From the NCBI GenBank assembly GCA_037481695.1, contig JBBFLE010000001.1:128989-192988 (forward strand): DNA of 64,000 nucleotides. The letters are read 5' to 3'. Numbering within the stretch: position 1 is the stretch's first letter; each line of letters starts with the position of its first letter. The translations under genes were made by a program, and so were the position numbers. The notes under the pieces are model-generated. The model ran no database searches and was not told where the DNA came from. It worked only from the letters and a program-made list of their open reading frames with translations. Positions 48,657 through 57,951 of the stretch are shown piece by piece. The DNA comes from a bacterium (GTDB lineage: Bacteria > Desulfobacterota > Desulfocorpusculales > Desulfocorpusculum).

Positions 48657-49853
48657 TCAAATCACCCCCATGCTCTTGAGTGCCTGCAACTCCTCACTGG
48701 ACATCCCGAGCCGCTGTCCATAGTAAAGCTCGTTGTGTTCCCCGAATCGGGGTGGGAAGCTGAGCATGCCCTGGTTCTGGCACAAGAACTGGGTACTGTA
48801 AGGCGCAGGCGCCAGCAGGATCTCCACTCCTGTGCGAGGATCCCTGGACCTAAGAAGCCTTTGCTTCACCAGGGGGTCCTCCAGAACCTCCTGGATGGAC
48901 TGGATCTTGGAAACCGGGACCGTTATGCTCTTGAACATCTCTATGACCTCTTGGGTGCCAAGGCCCTTGAAGATCTCAGCCAGACGACGGTTAAGCCTTT
49001 CCACGTCTTTTATCCTGCCCTCGTTTTTCTCGTACGCGGGGTCCTTGAGCCCCTTGAAGGGTTCCAGTTCTGTCATGGATGCCCACTGCCTGTCATTGCC
49101 CACAGCTATGTACACGAATCCATCTCTGGTCTCAAAAACCGAAACCGGAGCAAAGAACTCATGGGTGTTGCCCCTTCTGCTTATGTGGCGGCCGAATGAG
49201 CCGGTGAGCGTTATGGGGACCGTGAGCCAGGACACTGTGCTTTCGAACATGGAGAGATCTATGCGGGAGCCTCTGCCCGTCTGGGCCCTCAGAAACAGGG
49301 CCTTCATTATTAGGCCGTAGCCGTGCTCGCTGGCCCCCATGTCCGGAAGAGGAATGCCCAGCACCTGGGGAAAGCCGTCGGGCTCCCCTGTCAGCTCCAT
49401 GAGCCCTCCCCTGGCCTGCAGGATGGGATCGTAGGCTGCCTCGTTGGAATCTGGCCCGAATCCGGTTACTCCAAACCAGATGATGTCTTCCTTGATGGAG
49501 CGAAGCCTCTGGTAATCTATCCCCAGTTTTGAGTAATTCCTGGGTAGCTGGTTGGTGGCAAAGATGTCTATCTGGAGCTCTCTGATGAGCCTCTCCAGAA
49601 GATCCTGACCTTCCTTTGTGCCCAGGTTCAAAGTTATGGCCTTCTTGCCCGCGTTGATACACAGGTAGTAGGTGTTCATGCGCTCCTCGCCGAGCCTGTT
49701 CTCACCCACCAGCCTGTTGGGATCCCCGTACACCGGGTGTTCCACCCGGATCACTTCAGCACCCTCCATGGCCAGCCTGTAAGTAAGGTAAGGCAAGACC
49801 GTTGCCTGCTCCAGGGATAGCACCTTTATGTTTTCCAGTGTCTCCATGGCCAT
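48657..49853 (-). CDS. Family III CoA-transferase (CaiB/BaiF/BbsEF-like)
   Basis: MAMETLENIKVLSLEQATVLPYLTYRLAMEGAEVIRVEHP...GDPNR; start ATG 49853 after AGGGAG (the long ORF upstream has no RBS). Confidence 0.8.
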   Translation of the reverse strand: MAMETLENIKVLSLEQATVLPYLTYRLAMEGAEVIRVEHPVYGDPNRLVGENRLGEERMNTYYLCINAGKKAITLNLGTKEGQDLLERLIRELQIDIFATNQLPRNYSKLGIDYQRLRSIKEDIIWFGVTGFGPDSNEAAYDPILQARGGLMELTGEPDGFPQVLGIPLPDMGASEHGYGLIMKALFLRAQTGRGSRIDLSMFESTVSWLTVPITLTGSFGRHISRRGNTHEFFAPVSVFETRDGFVYIAVGNDRQWASMTELEPFKGLKDPAYEKNEGRIKDVERLNRRLAEIFKGLGTQEVIEMFKSITVPVSKIQSIQEVLEDPLVKQRLLRSRDPRTGVEILLAPAPYSTQFLCQNQGMLSFPPRFGEHNELYYGQRLGMSSEELQALKSMGVI

Positions 49854-49977
49854 CTCCCTCTTTACGGGTATTTCTCCCCATGAATCATGGGCTCCTTCCC
49901 AAGGAAAAGGACCCCTGACTCCAAGACCCTCCTTCGGCAAAACAGGTGATTCAAGACCCTTGACTATGCACCATTGA

Positions 49978-49990
49978 CTTTGTATACAAT
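49978..49990. promoter_or_regulatory. Palindromic candidate operator TTTGTATACAATG (TTGTATACAA perfect 10-bp palindrome) in the divergent promoter between the CoA-transferase operon and Mo-hydroxylase operon 2
   Basis: Same TGTATACAATGT 12-mer at 6299-6310 and TGTATACAA at 56694-56702, all intergenic. Confidence 0.5.
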
Positions 49991-50117
49991 GTCCGAACGG
50001 CCGGATTATAGGTTGCTCTTGGCACAGTGTCAACGGTCTCCTCTGGCCAAGGAATAGGTTTTTTTTTGAACCAAATGTGAGAGTTTCAGGAACCATGGCA
50101 AAAAATAGGGGGGAATC

Positions 50118-51140
50118 GTGAGGCTTCCCAGATTCAATTACCTTGAACCCAGGGACCTCAAAGAGGCCTTGGAGATGAGGGCTCTGTATGGAGCCCAAAG
50201 CGCTGTGCTGGCAGGTGGTACGGATCTGCTGGTCAGGATGAAGCAACGTTTGATGAAGCCATCCTTCCTCATAAGCCTCAAGAATCTCCGAGAGCTGGAG
50301 GGGATCCGGCTGGAGAACCAGGAGATGGTGATAGGTGCCAGAACCCCCATCAGGGAGGTGGTGAGATCCCCTTTGGTGCAATCCCACTTTCCTGCTCTGA
50401 TGGAAGCAATGCAAGCCGTGGGAGCTTACACCATACAGCACGTGCGAGGTACCATCGGGGGCAATCTCTGTCAGGACACAAGATGCCTTTTCTACAATCA
50501 GTCGGCATTTTGGCGCTCTGGAAGACAGGCCTGTCACAAGGCGGGCGGCAAGATCTGCTATGCCAGGGAGGGCTCGGACAGGTGCAGATCCACAAACCAG
50601 TCAGATGGTGCCACGGCCTTGATGGCATTGCAGGCAAAGGTGGTCCTCAGAAGTACCCAGGGGTTGAGGGTTCTGGGCCTGGAGGAGTTCTTCACCATGA
50701 AGGGCGAGGCCCCTTTGGACTTGGCACCCAACGAGATCCTGACAGAAATCAGGCTCCCTCTGGGCCCCTCCCAGGCAAGTAGTGCTTACGAAAGAATCTC
50801 CTATCGCTCGGCCATCGACTTTCCGGTGGCCTCTGCAGCAGCATGGATACGTAGCCAGAAGAGAACCATAGAGAAAGCTCGCATAGCGGTGGGGTGCATG
50901 GGAAATGCTCCTTTGTTGATTCTGCAGGCAGGAGAACATCTGGAAGGAAGATCTCTGGAAGACAAGCAGGCCCTGGCCAAGGCTGCCCGGGTGGCTATGG
51001 ATCAGGCTTCTGCCTTTGCAGTGGACAACGTGGGCTCCACTGTTGAGTATAGGGTAGAGATGGTCTGTGTGCTGGTGAAAAGAGCACTTGGCAGGGCCTC
51101 GGTCCGCGCTTTGGAGGCCAGCAAGGAGGAGGGTTCATGA
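50118..51140 (+). CDS. FAD-binding subunit of molybdenum hydroxylase with ~40-aa Cys-rich insertion (4-hydroxybenzoyl-CoA reductase HcrB-like)
   Basis: 340 aa versus 302 aa for the paralogue; insertion GGNLCQDTRCLFYNQSAFWRSGRQACHKAGGKICYAREGSDRC after the TIGGNL motif; GTG start. Confidence 0.75.
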   Translation: MRLPRFNYLEPRDLKEALEMRALYGAQSAVLAGGTDLLVRMKQRLMKPSFLISLKNLRELEGIRLENQEMVIGARTPIREVVRSPLVQSHFPALMEAMQAVGAYTIQHVRGTIGGNLCQDTRCLFYNQSAFWRSGRQACHKAGGKICYAREGSDRCRSTNQSDGATALMALQAKVVLRSTQGLRVLGLEEFFTMKGEAPLDLAPNEILTEIRLPLGPSQASSAYERISYRSAIDFPVASAAAWIRSQKRTIEKARIAVGCMGNAPLLILQAGEHLEGRSLEDKQALAKAARVAMDQASAFAVDNVGSTVEYRVEMVCVLVKRALGRASVRALEASKEEGS

Positions 51141-51652
51141 GTCGGGTACCCCTCAAGCTAAGGGTAAATGGTGAAGATATGGAACTACTGGTGGAACCCC
51201 ACTGGACCCTCTTGGAGGTTCTCAGGGAGGAGCTGGATCTCACTGGCACCAAGGAGGGGTGCGGGGAAGGGGTTTGTGGTTCATGTACGGTACTTCTGGA
51301 TGAAAAGCCGGTGAGGGCCTGCCTGACCCTTGCCCTGGAGGCCCAGGGCTCCAGCGTGACCACTGTGGAAGGTCTGGCTGGTGACAATGGCTTGGACCCG
51401 CTGCAGCAGTCTTTCGTGGATCACGGAGCTGTCCAATGCGGGTTTTGTACACCAGGAATGATAATGGCAGCCAAGGCCCTGCTACTGGAGAACCCCTGTC
51501 CCCAAGAGCAAGAGATCAGAAAGGCCATATCTGGAAACATCTGCAGATGCACGGGATATGCCAAAATAGTCAAAGCTATCGCAGCTGCGGCCTCAAGAGT
51601 AGGGCCCTCTTGGGAGAGCCCCCCAGCAGAAACATCTAAGGAGTCAGCATGA
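51137..51652 (+). CDS. (2Fe-2S)-binding subunit, operon 2
   Basis: CGEGVCGSCTV, QCGFCTPG, CRCTGY motifs; 4-nt overlaps on both sides. Confidence 0.85.
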   Translation: MSRVPLKLRVNGEDMELLVEPHWTLLEVLREELDLTGTKEGCGEGVCGSCTVLLDEKPVRACLTLALEAQGSSVTTVEGLAGDNGLDPLQQSFVDHGAVQCGFCTPGMIMAAKALLLENPCPQEQEIRKAISGNICRCTGYAKIVKAIAAAASRVGPSWESPPAETSKESA

Positions 51653-53940
51653 AGGACTATGCCATCATCGGCAAGCCAATGCCCAGGGTGGACACCCCGG
51701 CCAAGGTCACCGGGGAGGCCAAGTACACGGCGGATCTTAAGTTCCCCAGGATGCTGGTGGGCAAGGTGCTTCGAAGCCCTCTGGCCCATGCCAGGATACT
51801 TTCCATAGACGCATCCAGGGCTCTGGCGCTGCCGGGGGTCAAGGCAGTGGTGACAGGCCAGGATACCTTTGGCGAGAAGTGGGGGGTTTTCCGCTACACT
51901 CAGGACCAGTGTTTTCTGCCCATGGACAAGGTGCGCTACTTCGGGGAAGAGGTGGCTGCTGTGGCAGCAGTGGATGAGGACACGGCTCTGGAAGCCCTGG
52001 ATCTGATTCGGGTGGATTATGAAGAGCTTCCTGCCGTGTTTGATCCCCTTGAGGCAGTGGCGCCAGGGGCCCCCCTCATCCATGATAACTTCCCCCAGAA
52101 CATCAACATCCATGTGCGCATAGACGTGGGAGAGGTGGAGAAGGGATTCGCTGCCTCCCACCTGGTAAGGGAAGACACCTTCACTGCAGCCGAGGAGTCT
52201 TATTTCCAGGGAGAACCTTATGCAGTTGTTGCCAGGTTCGATCTGGAGGGGAATCTGGAGATCTGGATGCCCAATGCCGGACCCCACATGAAGGCCAAGC
52301 CTCTGTCCAATGCCCTGAGAATCCCTCTCCACAAGGTGCATGTGCGAAAGATAGCCATAGGCGGAGCATTTGGAGGCCGTTCGGAGATAAGCCCTGCTGA
52401 CTTCATATGTGCTCTTTTGGCCCAAAAGACCAGAAGGCCGGTCAAGATAGTGTACAGCAGGGAAGAAAACACAGTCTGCACCCGCCAAGGCCATTCCATG
52501 ATAGCCACCATCAAGACCGGAGTGGACAGCTCCGGAAGGGTTCTTGCCAGAGAGGTGACCTGTTACATGGACGGTGGGGCCTATAGCAGTACAGGGCCCA
52601 TAGCCACCAGCGTGCCTTTCCTTTGCATGGAACAGGCCTACAAGATGGAAAATGTTCGTTACAATGGCTTTCGCGTGTACACCAACAAGCCCATCCGCGG
52701 AATGATAAGAGTCCATGGAAGGGCCTTTGCGTGCGGAGTTGACACCCAACTGGACATGATAGCAGAGGAGCTGGGCTTGGATCCGGTGGATATCAGGCTT
52801 ATCAATGCCAGAGAGGCAGGAGAATATACCCCTACTCGTTCCTATGTTGCCAGCTGCGCCATGAAAGAGACCATAATTAAGGCAGCCGAGAAGGCCGGTT
52901 GGAAGCACAAAAGAGGAAAGCTTCCCAAGTGGAGGGGAATAGGAATAGGCTGCAACTCAGTGCAAACAGGATTTCCCATGGGCATCAGGGGGGGCTCTCA
53001 GGCCATAATCAAGTTCAACGAGGACGGAGGAGCTACGGTAATATCGGGTGTGGTGGACAATGGTCAGGGTAATGACAACATGCTCGTGCAGATAGCAGCC
53101 GAAGAACTGGGAATCAGGCCTGAGGACATCCAACTGGTCAATGCGGATACAGAGCTTACACCCATTGATCCCGGCGCCTATTCACAGGTCTCCACCTTCA
53201 TCGGGGGTCAGGCAGTTCGCCTTGCGGCCGCCAATGCCAGAGAGAAACTACTGGAGATCGCCTCCGAGATGCTGGAGGCCAGAGTTGAGGATCTGGTGGC
53301 CAGAGACCGAATGATCTTCGTGAAGGGCTCCCCCCAGAAAGGCCTGCCCATTCAGAAGGTCATCCGCACCGGGCTTTCCAAGGGGCGGGTGGTCACAGGA
53401 GAAGGTTCCTACTGGCCCAAGGTGGACCCCAAGAGAGAATGGGTTCAAAACCCCTATGGCCAGATGTGCGAGGCATTTTCATTTGGCACAACCATAGCCG
53501 AAGTGGAAGTGGACCCCGAAACAGGAAAGGTGAAGGTGCTAGATGTGGTGGCAGCCCAAGATGTGGGCTTTGCCTTGAACCCCCTGGTCCTGGAAGGACA
53601 GTTCGAGGGCTCCGTGGCCATGGGGGGGCAGGGGGGAATGCTCACCGAATATCACTTCTGGGACAAAGGGAGGGTCTTGAACCCCACCCAGTTGGAGTAC
53701 AAGGTTCCCATAGCTCAGGACATGCCAAGGATCCACTGCATAATAGTGGAATCCCACGACCCCAAGGGACCTTACGGGGCCAAGGAGGCAGGGATGTCCA
53801 TAGCCATGAGCGCAGCCCAGGCATACAGTGCCGCGGTTTGCAATGCCATTGGAGTCTATTTGAAAGACTATCCCTTGACCCCTGACAAGATCCTAAAGGC
53901 AATCAAGGAAAAGAAAGGCAATGTCAACAATGGGAGCTGA
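51649..53940 (+). CDS. Molybdopterin-binding large subunit, operon 2 (Hcr alpha-like)
   Basis: 763 aa; xanthine dehydrogenase-family Mo-binding domains; paralogue of 1107-3389. Confidence 0.85.
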   Translation: MKDYAIIGKPMPRVDTPAKVTGEAKYTADLKFPRMLVGKVLRSPLAHARILSIDASRALALPGVKAVVTGQDTFGEKWGVFRYTQDQCFLPMDKVRYFGEEVAAVAAVDEDTALEALDLIRVDYEELPAVFDPLEAVAPGAPLIHDNFPQNINIHVRIDVGEVEKGFAASHLVREDTFTAAEESYFQGEPYAVVARFDLEGNLEIWMPNAGPHMKAKPLSNALRIPLHKVHVRKIAIGGAFGGRSEISPADFICALLAQKTRRPVKIVYSREENTVCTRQGHSMIATIKTGVDSSGRVLAREVTCYMDGGAYSSTGPIATSVPFLCMEQAYKMENVRYNGFRVYTNKPIRGMIRVHGRAFACGVDTQLDMIAEELGLDPVDIRLINAREAGEYTPTRSYVASCAMKETIIKAAEKAGWKHKRGKLPKWRGIGIGCNSVQTGFPMGIRGGSQAIIKFNEDGGATVISGVVDNGQGNDNMLVQIAAEELGIRPEDIQLVNADTELTPIDPGAYSQVSTFIGGQAVRLAAANAREKLLEIASEMLEARVEDLVARDRMIFVKGSPQKGLPIQKVIRTGLSKGRVVTGEGSYWPKVDPKREWVQNPYGQMCEAFSFGTTIAEVEVDPETGKVKVLDVVAAQDVGFALNPLVLEGQFEGSVAMGGQGGMLTEYHFWDKGRVLNPTQLEYKVPIAQDMPRIHCIIVESHDPKGPYGAKEAGMSIAMSAAQAYSAAVCNAIGVYLKDYPLTPDKILKAIKEKKGNVNNGS

Positions 53941-54014
53941 CTTCTTAATATCATAAGCTGAGCCTATCTTGGCCTCACAGGCTTTGATCCGCGTGACTCA
54001 TCACACTGCTTAGG

Positions 54015-54036
54015 CTCGGGGAGTTCATCCCCCGAG
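54015..54036. terminator. GC-rich hairpin CTCGGGG-agttcatc-CCCCGAG between convergent operons (possible bidirectional terminator)
   Basis: 7-bp perfect stem; weak T-tract downstream on the plus strand. Confidence 0.3.
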
Positions 54037-54048
54037 CCCCGGCAGTCT

Positions 54049-55347
54049 TTACTCTCCGAACCTTTGGGCCACGTAGTCCAAGGCCTCTTCAATGGCTTGG
54101 GCTGCTTGCTCCAGGTCCTGCTCTGTGTGCCTGTAGCATATATAGGAGTGGTGATGGGGCGCCATGAACACGCCCCTTCTGATGAGCTGGGTGTAAAAAG
54201 CGTTTCGCTTCTCCCTGTGGGTGCCCCTGCTGTCCCTTTCAAAGGTGATGAAAAACATGGGGGCCACCCCCGAGAGTTCCGCCCCCACCGGATATCTGCC
54301 CATGAGTTCCCTTATCCTGCCCAGGAACTTCTCCCCCCTGGCCCAGATCTGCTCCAGGATCTTGTCTCTTTGGAGCACCTCGATGGTCTTTAAGGCAGCC
54401 ACGTACCCGTCGCTATTGGGGAAGAAGGTGGAAGATATAAAGAGCTTCTCTGCGGCAGCCATCATTATCTCTCTGTTGCCAGTGACCACGCTTATGGCGT
54501 AGCCATTGGCCATACCCTTGCCCAGCACAGCCAGATCCGGTTTGACTCCGTAGTATTGCTGGGCGCCCCCCAGAGCCAGTCTGAAGCCCGTGCGCACCTC
54601 GTCAAAGATCAGCACCGAGGAGTACCTGTGGGCCAGATCTCTGACCCCCTCCAAGAAGCCTGGCTTGGGTTCTTGCATCTTCTGATGAAGAGGATGGCCA
54701 AAAGGGGTCATGATGATGGCAGCAGTCTGTGCTCCATGTTCCCCCATAAGTCTCTCCAGGCCATCTAGGTCATTGTAGTGAAACTCATAGACATCTTCGT
54801 ACAGTTTCTGGGGTATCCCCCCCTTCATTTCAACACACCAGTCGTGCCAGCCATGGTATCCGCAGCGCATCACCTTTACTCTACCAGTGAATGCTCTGGC
54901 AATACGAATGGCTGCAGTTGTGGCATCCGAACCGGTTTTCAGAAAGATGCTCAACTCAGAGCAAGGCACTATTTCTGAGAGCTTCTGGGCCAGATCATTC
55001 TGGTACCTTTGGGTCAGGGAAAAGCAAAACCCCTTCTCCCTTATCTGGCGCGCCACTGCCTCATCCACTTCCTCTTCCCTGTAGCCCAGGATGATGGGGC
55101 CGTATCCACAAAGGAAATCTATGTATTCATTGCCGTCCACATCAGTGACCCGGCCTCCCTTGCCGTGATCCAGGAAAATGGGATACTCCCCTGGAATGAA
55201 GTCACCCGGTCTTCTGGCTCCCAAAACACCCCCGGGAACACAACTCTTTGCTTGCTGGAAAAGCTCCATACTCTTGCTAAGATTGAGCTTCTGGGCCTCT
55301 TTCATGGCTGACTCCATAAATTTCATTTGTCTTGGGCCAGGACCCAC
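54049..55347 (-). CDS. Class III aminotransferase (glutamate-1-semialdehyde 2,1-aminomutase-like)
   Basis: ...FLDHGKGGRVTDVDGNEYIDFLCGYGPIILGY... and PLP-lysine region; exact start uncertain (GTG 55347 or ATG 55326/55317). Confidence 0.8.
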   Translation of the reverse strand: MGPGPRQMKFMESAMKEAQKLNLSKSMELFQQAKSCVPGGVLGARRPGDFIPGEYPIFLDHGKGGRVTDVDGNEYIDFLCGYGPIILGYREEEVDEAVARQIREKGFCFSLTQRYQNDLAQKLSEIVPCSELSIFLKTGSDATTAAIRIARAFTGRVKVMRCGYHGWHDWCVEMKGGIPQKLYEDVYEFHYNDLDGLERLMGEHGAQTAAIIMTPFGHPLHQKMQEPKPGFLEGVRDLAHRYSSVLIFDEVRTGFRLALGGAQQYYGVKPDLAVLGKGMANGYAISVVTGNREIMMAAAEKLFISSTFFPNSDGYVAALKTIEVLQRDKILEQIWARGEKFLGRIRELMGRYPVGAELSGVAPMFFITFERDSRGTHREKRNAFYTQLIRRGVFMAPHHHSYICYRHTEQDLEQAAQAIEEALDYVAQRFGE

Positions 55348-55414
55348 CAGGAATAGCTTCGAAGGCCATTCTCAGGGATCCTGGTCCAAAAATAGCTTTT
55401 GTTTTCAGATGAGG

Positions 55415-56560
55415 CTATACCTCCAACATGGATGAAATGGTCTCCCTCAGATGAATCCTGGCCCCCCTCTTTATGAATTCGCCTAGGTATTTTCTGGCAT
55501 CTATACATCCTTCGGGTGCCAGGACTCCTCTTGCCTGTACCTCCCCTGCATGGAGCATCAAGGCCGCTATGGCAGCTGGCAGTCCTGTGCCGGCCGCTGT
55601 CCTCCCAACTATGTCCGCAGTGTATGTGACCTCTTTGCCTTGCCTTTCCCCCTTTACTATCACCTTCATGCCCGAAGCTTGGGGACCTTTCTCCCTGTTT
55701 TCGGGAATCTTGTTCCACATGCGAAGGGTCAGGTCATAGGGCACCACTTTGAGGCCATTTATATCAACAGGCTCTTTGCTCAGAAAGCCGGTTCGGTTCT
55801 GCTCCTTGATGAGCTGGTCCACCCAGGTGGGGATCAGTGCCCCCTTTATGATCACGTTTTTGACACCTGCGATATAGCGTGGAATGGTAAAAGGCTGAGG
55901 ATGTCCCACATAACTTATGAGACACTCCCCCAGTGGCTCCAAGAAGCGCACCGTTTCTTCGCCTGTGCCCCCAGGCACATGAACCAACTTCCCATCCAGA
56001 TATTGGGGCACCTCTCCGGTCACCATGTGAAGACTGTGGTCCCAGGCCGCACCCTGGCCCAAATCCGCTATGCTCACCACCCAATAGAGGTGTATCTCCT
56101 CGACTCTATCCAACTGATCGGCCAGGTACTTGGCAATCATGTTATTGGTGCCAGGATCTGAGCCCATTCCCGTCAGCACGGTGATGCCTGCTTTCTTGGC
56201 AGCCTCGTCTATGTCTGACTGAAAAAGAATTGCCGCAGCCTCGTAGTCGTCGCAGATATCTATGTAACTCACCCTGGCTTCCACAGCAGCCCTGGCCACC
56301 GCCACCGCTGTTTTGTAAAAGGGACCTGCACAGTTAATTACAACATCGGCCTCCCCCATGGCCTTGACTAGGGCCTCGTGATCAAACACATTGATCTTTT
56401 TTAGCTGCGCCTTGGGATTTTCTCTTAGCTTCTCATGCAACCTGGCTGGATCATCGTTGATATCCCCAAGCACAACCATGCTCACCTGATCCTGCTTCAC
56501 AAGGGTCCGGGCAGCCGCCTGGCCCATGTCCCCTGCTCCCCCAAGCACCAATGCTCTCAT
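55415..56560 (-). CDS. Saccharopine dehydrogenase NADP-binding family protein
   Basis: MRALVLGGAGDMGQAAARTL Rossmann N-terminus; 381 aa. Confidence 0.75.
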   Translation of the reverse strand: MRALVLGGAGDMGQAAARTLVKQDQVSMVVLGDINDDPARLHEKLRENPKAQLKKINVFDHEALVKAMGEADVVINCAGPFYKTAVAVARAAVEARVSYIDICDDYEAAAILFQSDIDEAAKKAGITVLTGMGSDPGTNNMIAKYLADQLDRVEEIHLYWVVSIADLGQGAAWDHSLHMVTGEVPQYLDGKLVHVPGGTGEETVRFLEPLGECLISYVGHPQPFTIPRYIAGVKNVIIKGALIPTWVDQLIKEQNRTGFLSKEPVDINGLKVVPYDLTLRMWNKIPENREKGPQASGMKVIVKGERQGKEVTYTADIVGRTAAGTGLPAAIAALMLHAGEVQARGVLAPEGCIDARKYLGEFIKRGARIHLRETISSMLEV

Positions 56561-56692
56561 GTTACCCCCTTGTGTGCTGAATTGCTCAGAGATAGCCAGC
56601 CCTAAGTAAGAGCCCTTTGCTCTCGAGCCAGCCTTTACAACAAGACTCTAGACCCCCGCCCTTGATGGAGGAATCCTCCCCAAGAATGAAAG

Positions 56693-56704
56693 TGTATACA
56701 AACT
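56693..56704. promoter_or_regulatory. Third copy (GTGTATACAAAC) ~130 bp upstream of the saccharopine dehydrogenase/aminotransferase operon
   Basis: Read directly. Confidence 0.4.
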
Positions 56705-57134
56705 CCCGTGAGCGGAATATAACCTGTACAGGGACTCAAGGTCAACAGAAAAGACCCCAGCCGCGGGATCTGAGTTCCAATGCTCATCATTCTCTCCAGG
56801 CTGAATCGGGCTTTAGTGTCACCCTTAGGCTTCTATTTTTGAGAGAACTTCGCTGGATCCCCTGCCCGAGCTTGAATATCAGGATGCTTAGAAAAGGGGA
56901 TTTGAAGGCATGGTCATCAAGCCATCCTTGGCAATGAGACTGGCCAGCCCACCTCACCTGGCAGGCCAGCTCCCCTTGGGTGTCTGAGCCCAGAAATGAT
57001 TTGAGCGGTGCTGGCTAAGCAGAAGGAAAACACCCACTTGCCTGGATCAATACCACGGGTCAAGCATCCCAGTGGCTTGCACCTTTGATTCTGCTCAAAA
57101 ACGTTAAGCCATGGCCCCCTCGCAGAGGAGCTTG

Positions 57135-57911
57135 TCACAAGTAAGGCTTGATCCAGGCCAGCCCTTCCTGCGTGTTTCCCAGGGGTTTGTATTCACAGCC
57201 GATCCAGCCCTGGTACCCCGCAGAGTCTATGGCCTTGAAGAGGTTATGGAAGTTGATCTCTCCTGTGCCAGGCTCATTTCTCCCCGGATTGTCGGCTATC
57301 TGTATGTGGGAGATTCTCCCTATGTTGGCTCTTATGGTCTTGATGAGATTGCCCTCCATGACCTGCATGTGATACACGTCGTACTGAAGGAACAGGTTGG
57401 GATGTCCCACCTCTTGGATGAGATCCAGGGCGTCTGCTGTATGAACCAGATAGAATCCCGGTACATCTTGGCTGTTTAGGGGCTCGATGAGAAGCCGTAT
57501 GTTGTGCTTTTCCAAAGCCTCTGCAGCGAACCTCAAGTTCTGGACCAGGGTTTCCCGAACCTTCTCGGGTGGCTCATGGGCCGGCTTCAATCCCACCAGG
57601 CAGTTGAGCTGCGAACAGCCAAGGGTCAGGGCGTATTCTAAGGCCTTTCCCACTCCATCTTGAAATTCCTTCTCCCTGCCCGGAATGCAGGCTATTCCCC
57701 TTTCTCCATGCTCCCAGTCGCCTGCAGGAAGATTGTGGAGAGCCTGTATGAGTCCACTGCCTTTGAGCTTCTCTGCCAGCATCTGCTTTTCCCAGGGGTA
57801 GGGAAACAGGTATTCCACTGCCTTGAAGCCTGCTTGGGCAGCCTTCTCGAATCTCTCAAGAAATCCGACTTCATTGAAAAGCATGGTTAAGTTGGCACAG
57901 AATCTAGGCAT
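57135..57911 (-). CDS. Hydroxypyruvate isomerase family (xylose isomerase-like TIM barrel)
   Basis: Start MPRFCANLTMLFNE...RFEKAAQAGFKAVEY after GGGAGG; the ORF extends further upstream without an RBS. Confidence 0.7.
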   Translation of the reverse strand: MPRFCANLTMLFNEVGFLERFEKAAQAGFKAVEYLFPYPWEKQMLAEKLKGSGLIQALHNLPAGDWEHGERGIACIPGREKEFQDGVGKALEYALTLGCSQLNCLVGLKPAHEPPEKVRETLVQNLRFAAEALEKHNIRLLIEPLNSQDVPGFYLVHTADALDLIQEVGHPNLFLQYDVYHMQVMEGNLIKTIRANIGRISHIQIADNPGRNEPGTGEINFHNLFKAIDSAGYQGWIGCEYKPLGNTQEGLAWIKPYL

Positions 57912-57951
57912 GAATCCCCTCCCTCCCATGATACCAATGCCTTGGAATCCA

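Noticed and set aside
48657-50537. 626-aa ORF suggesting a much longer CoA-transferase
   Set aside because: The N-terminal 228 codons have no homology and run antisense through the Hcr-operon promoter and 5' end. The ATG at 49853 has an AGGGAG RBS and begins the canonical family-III CoA-transferase sequence.
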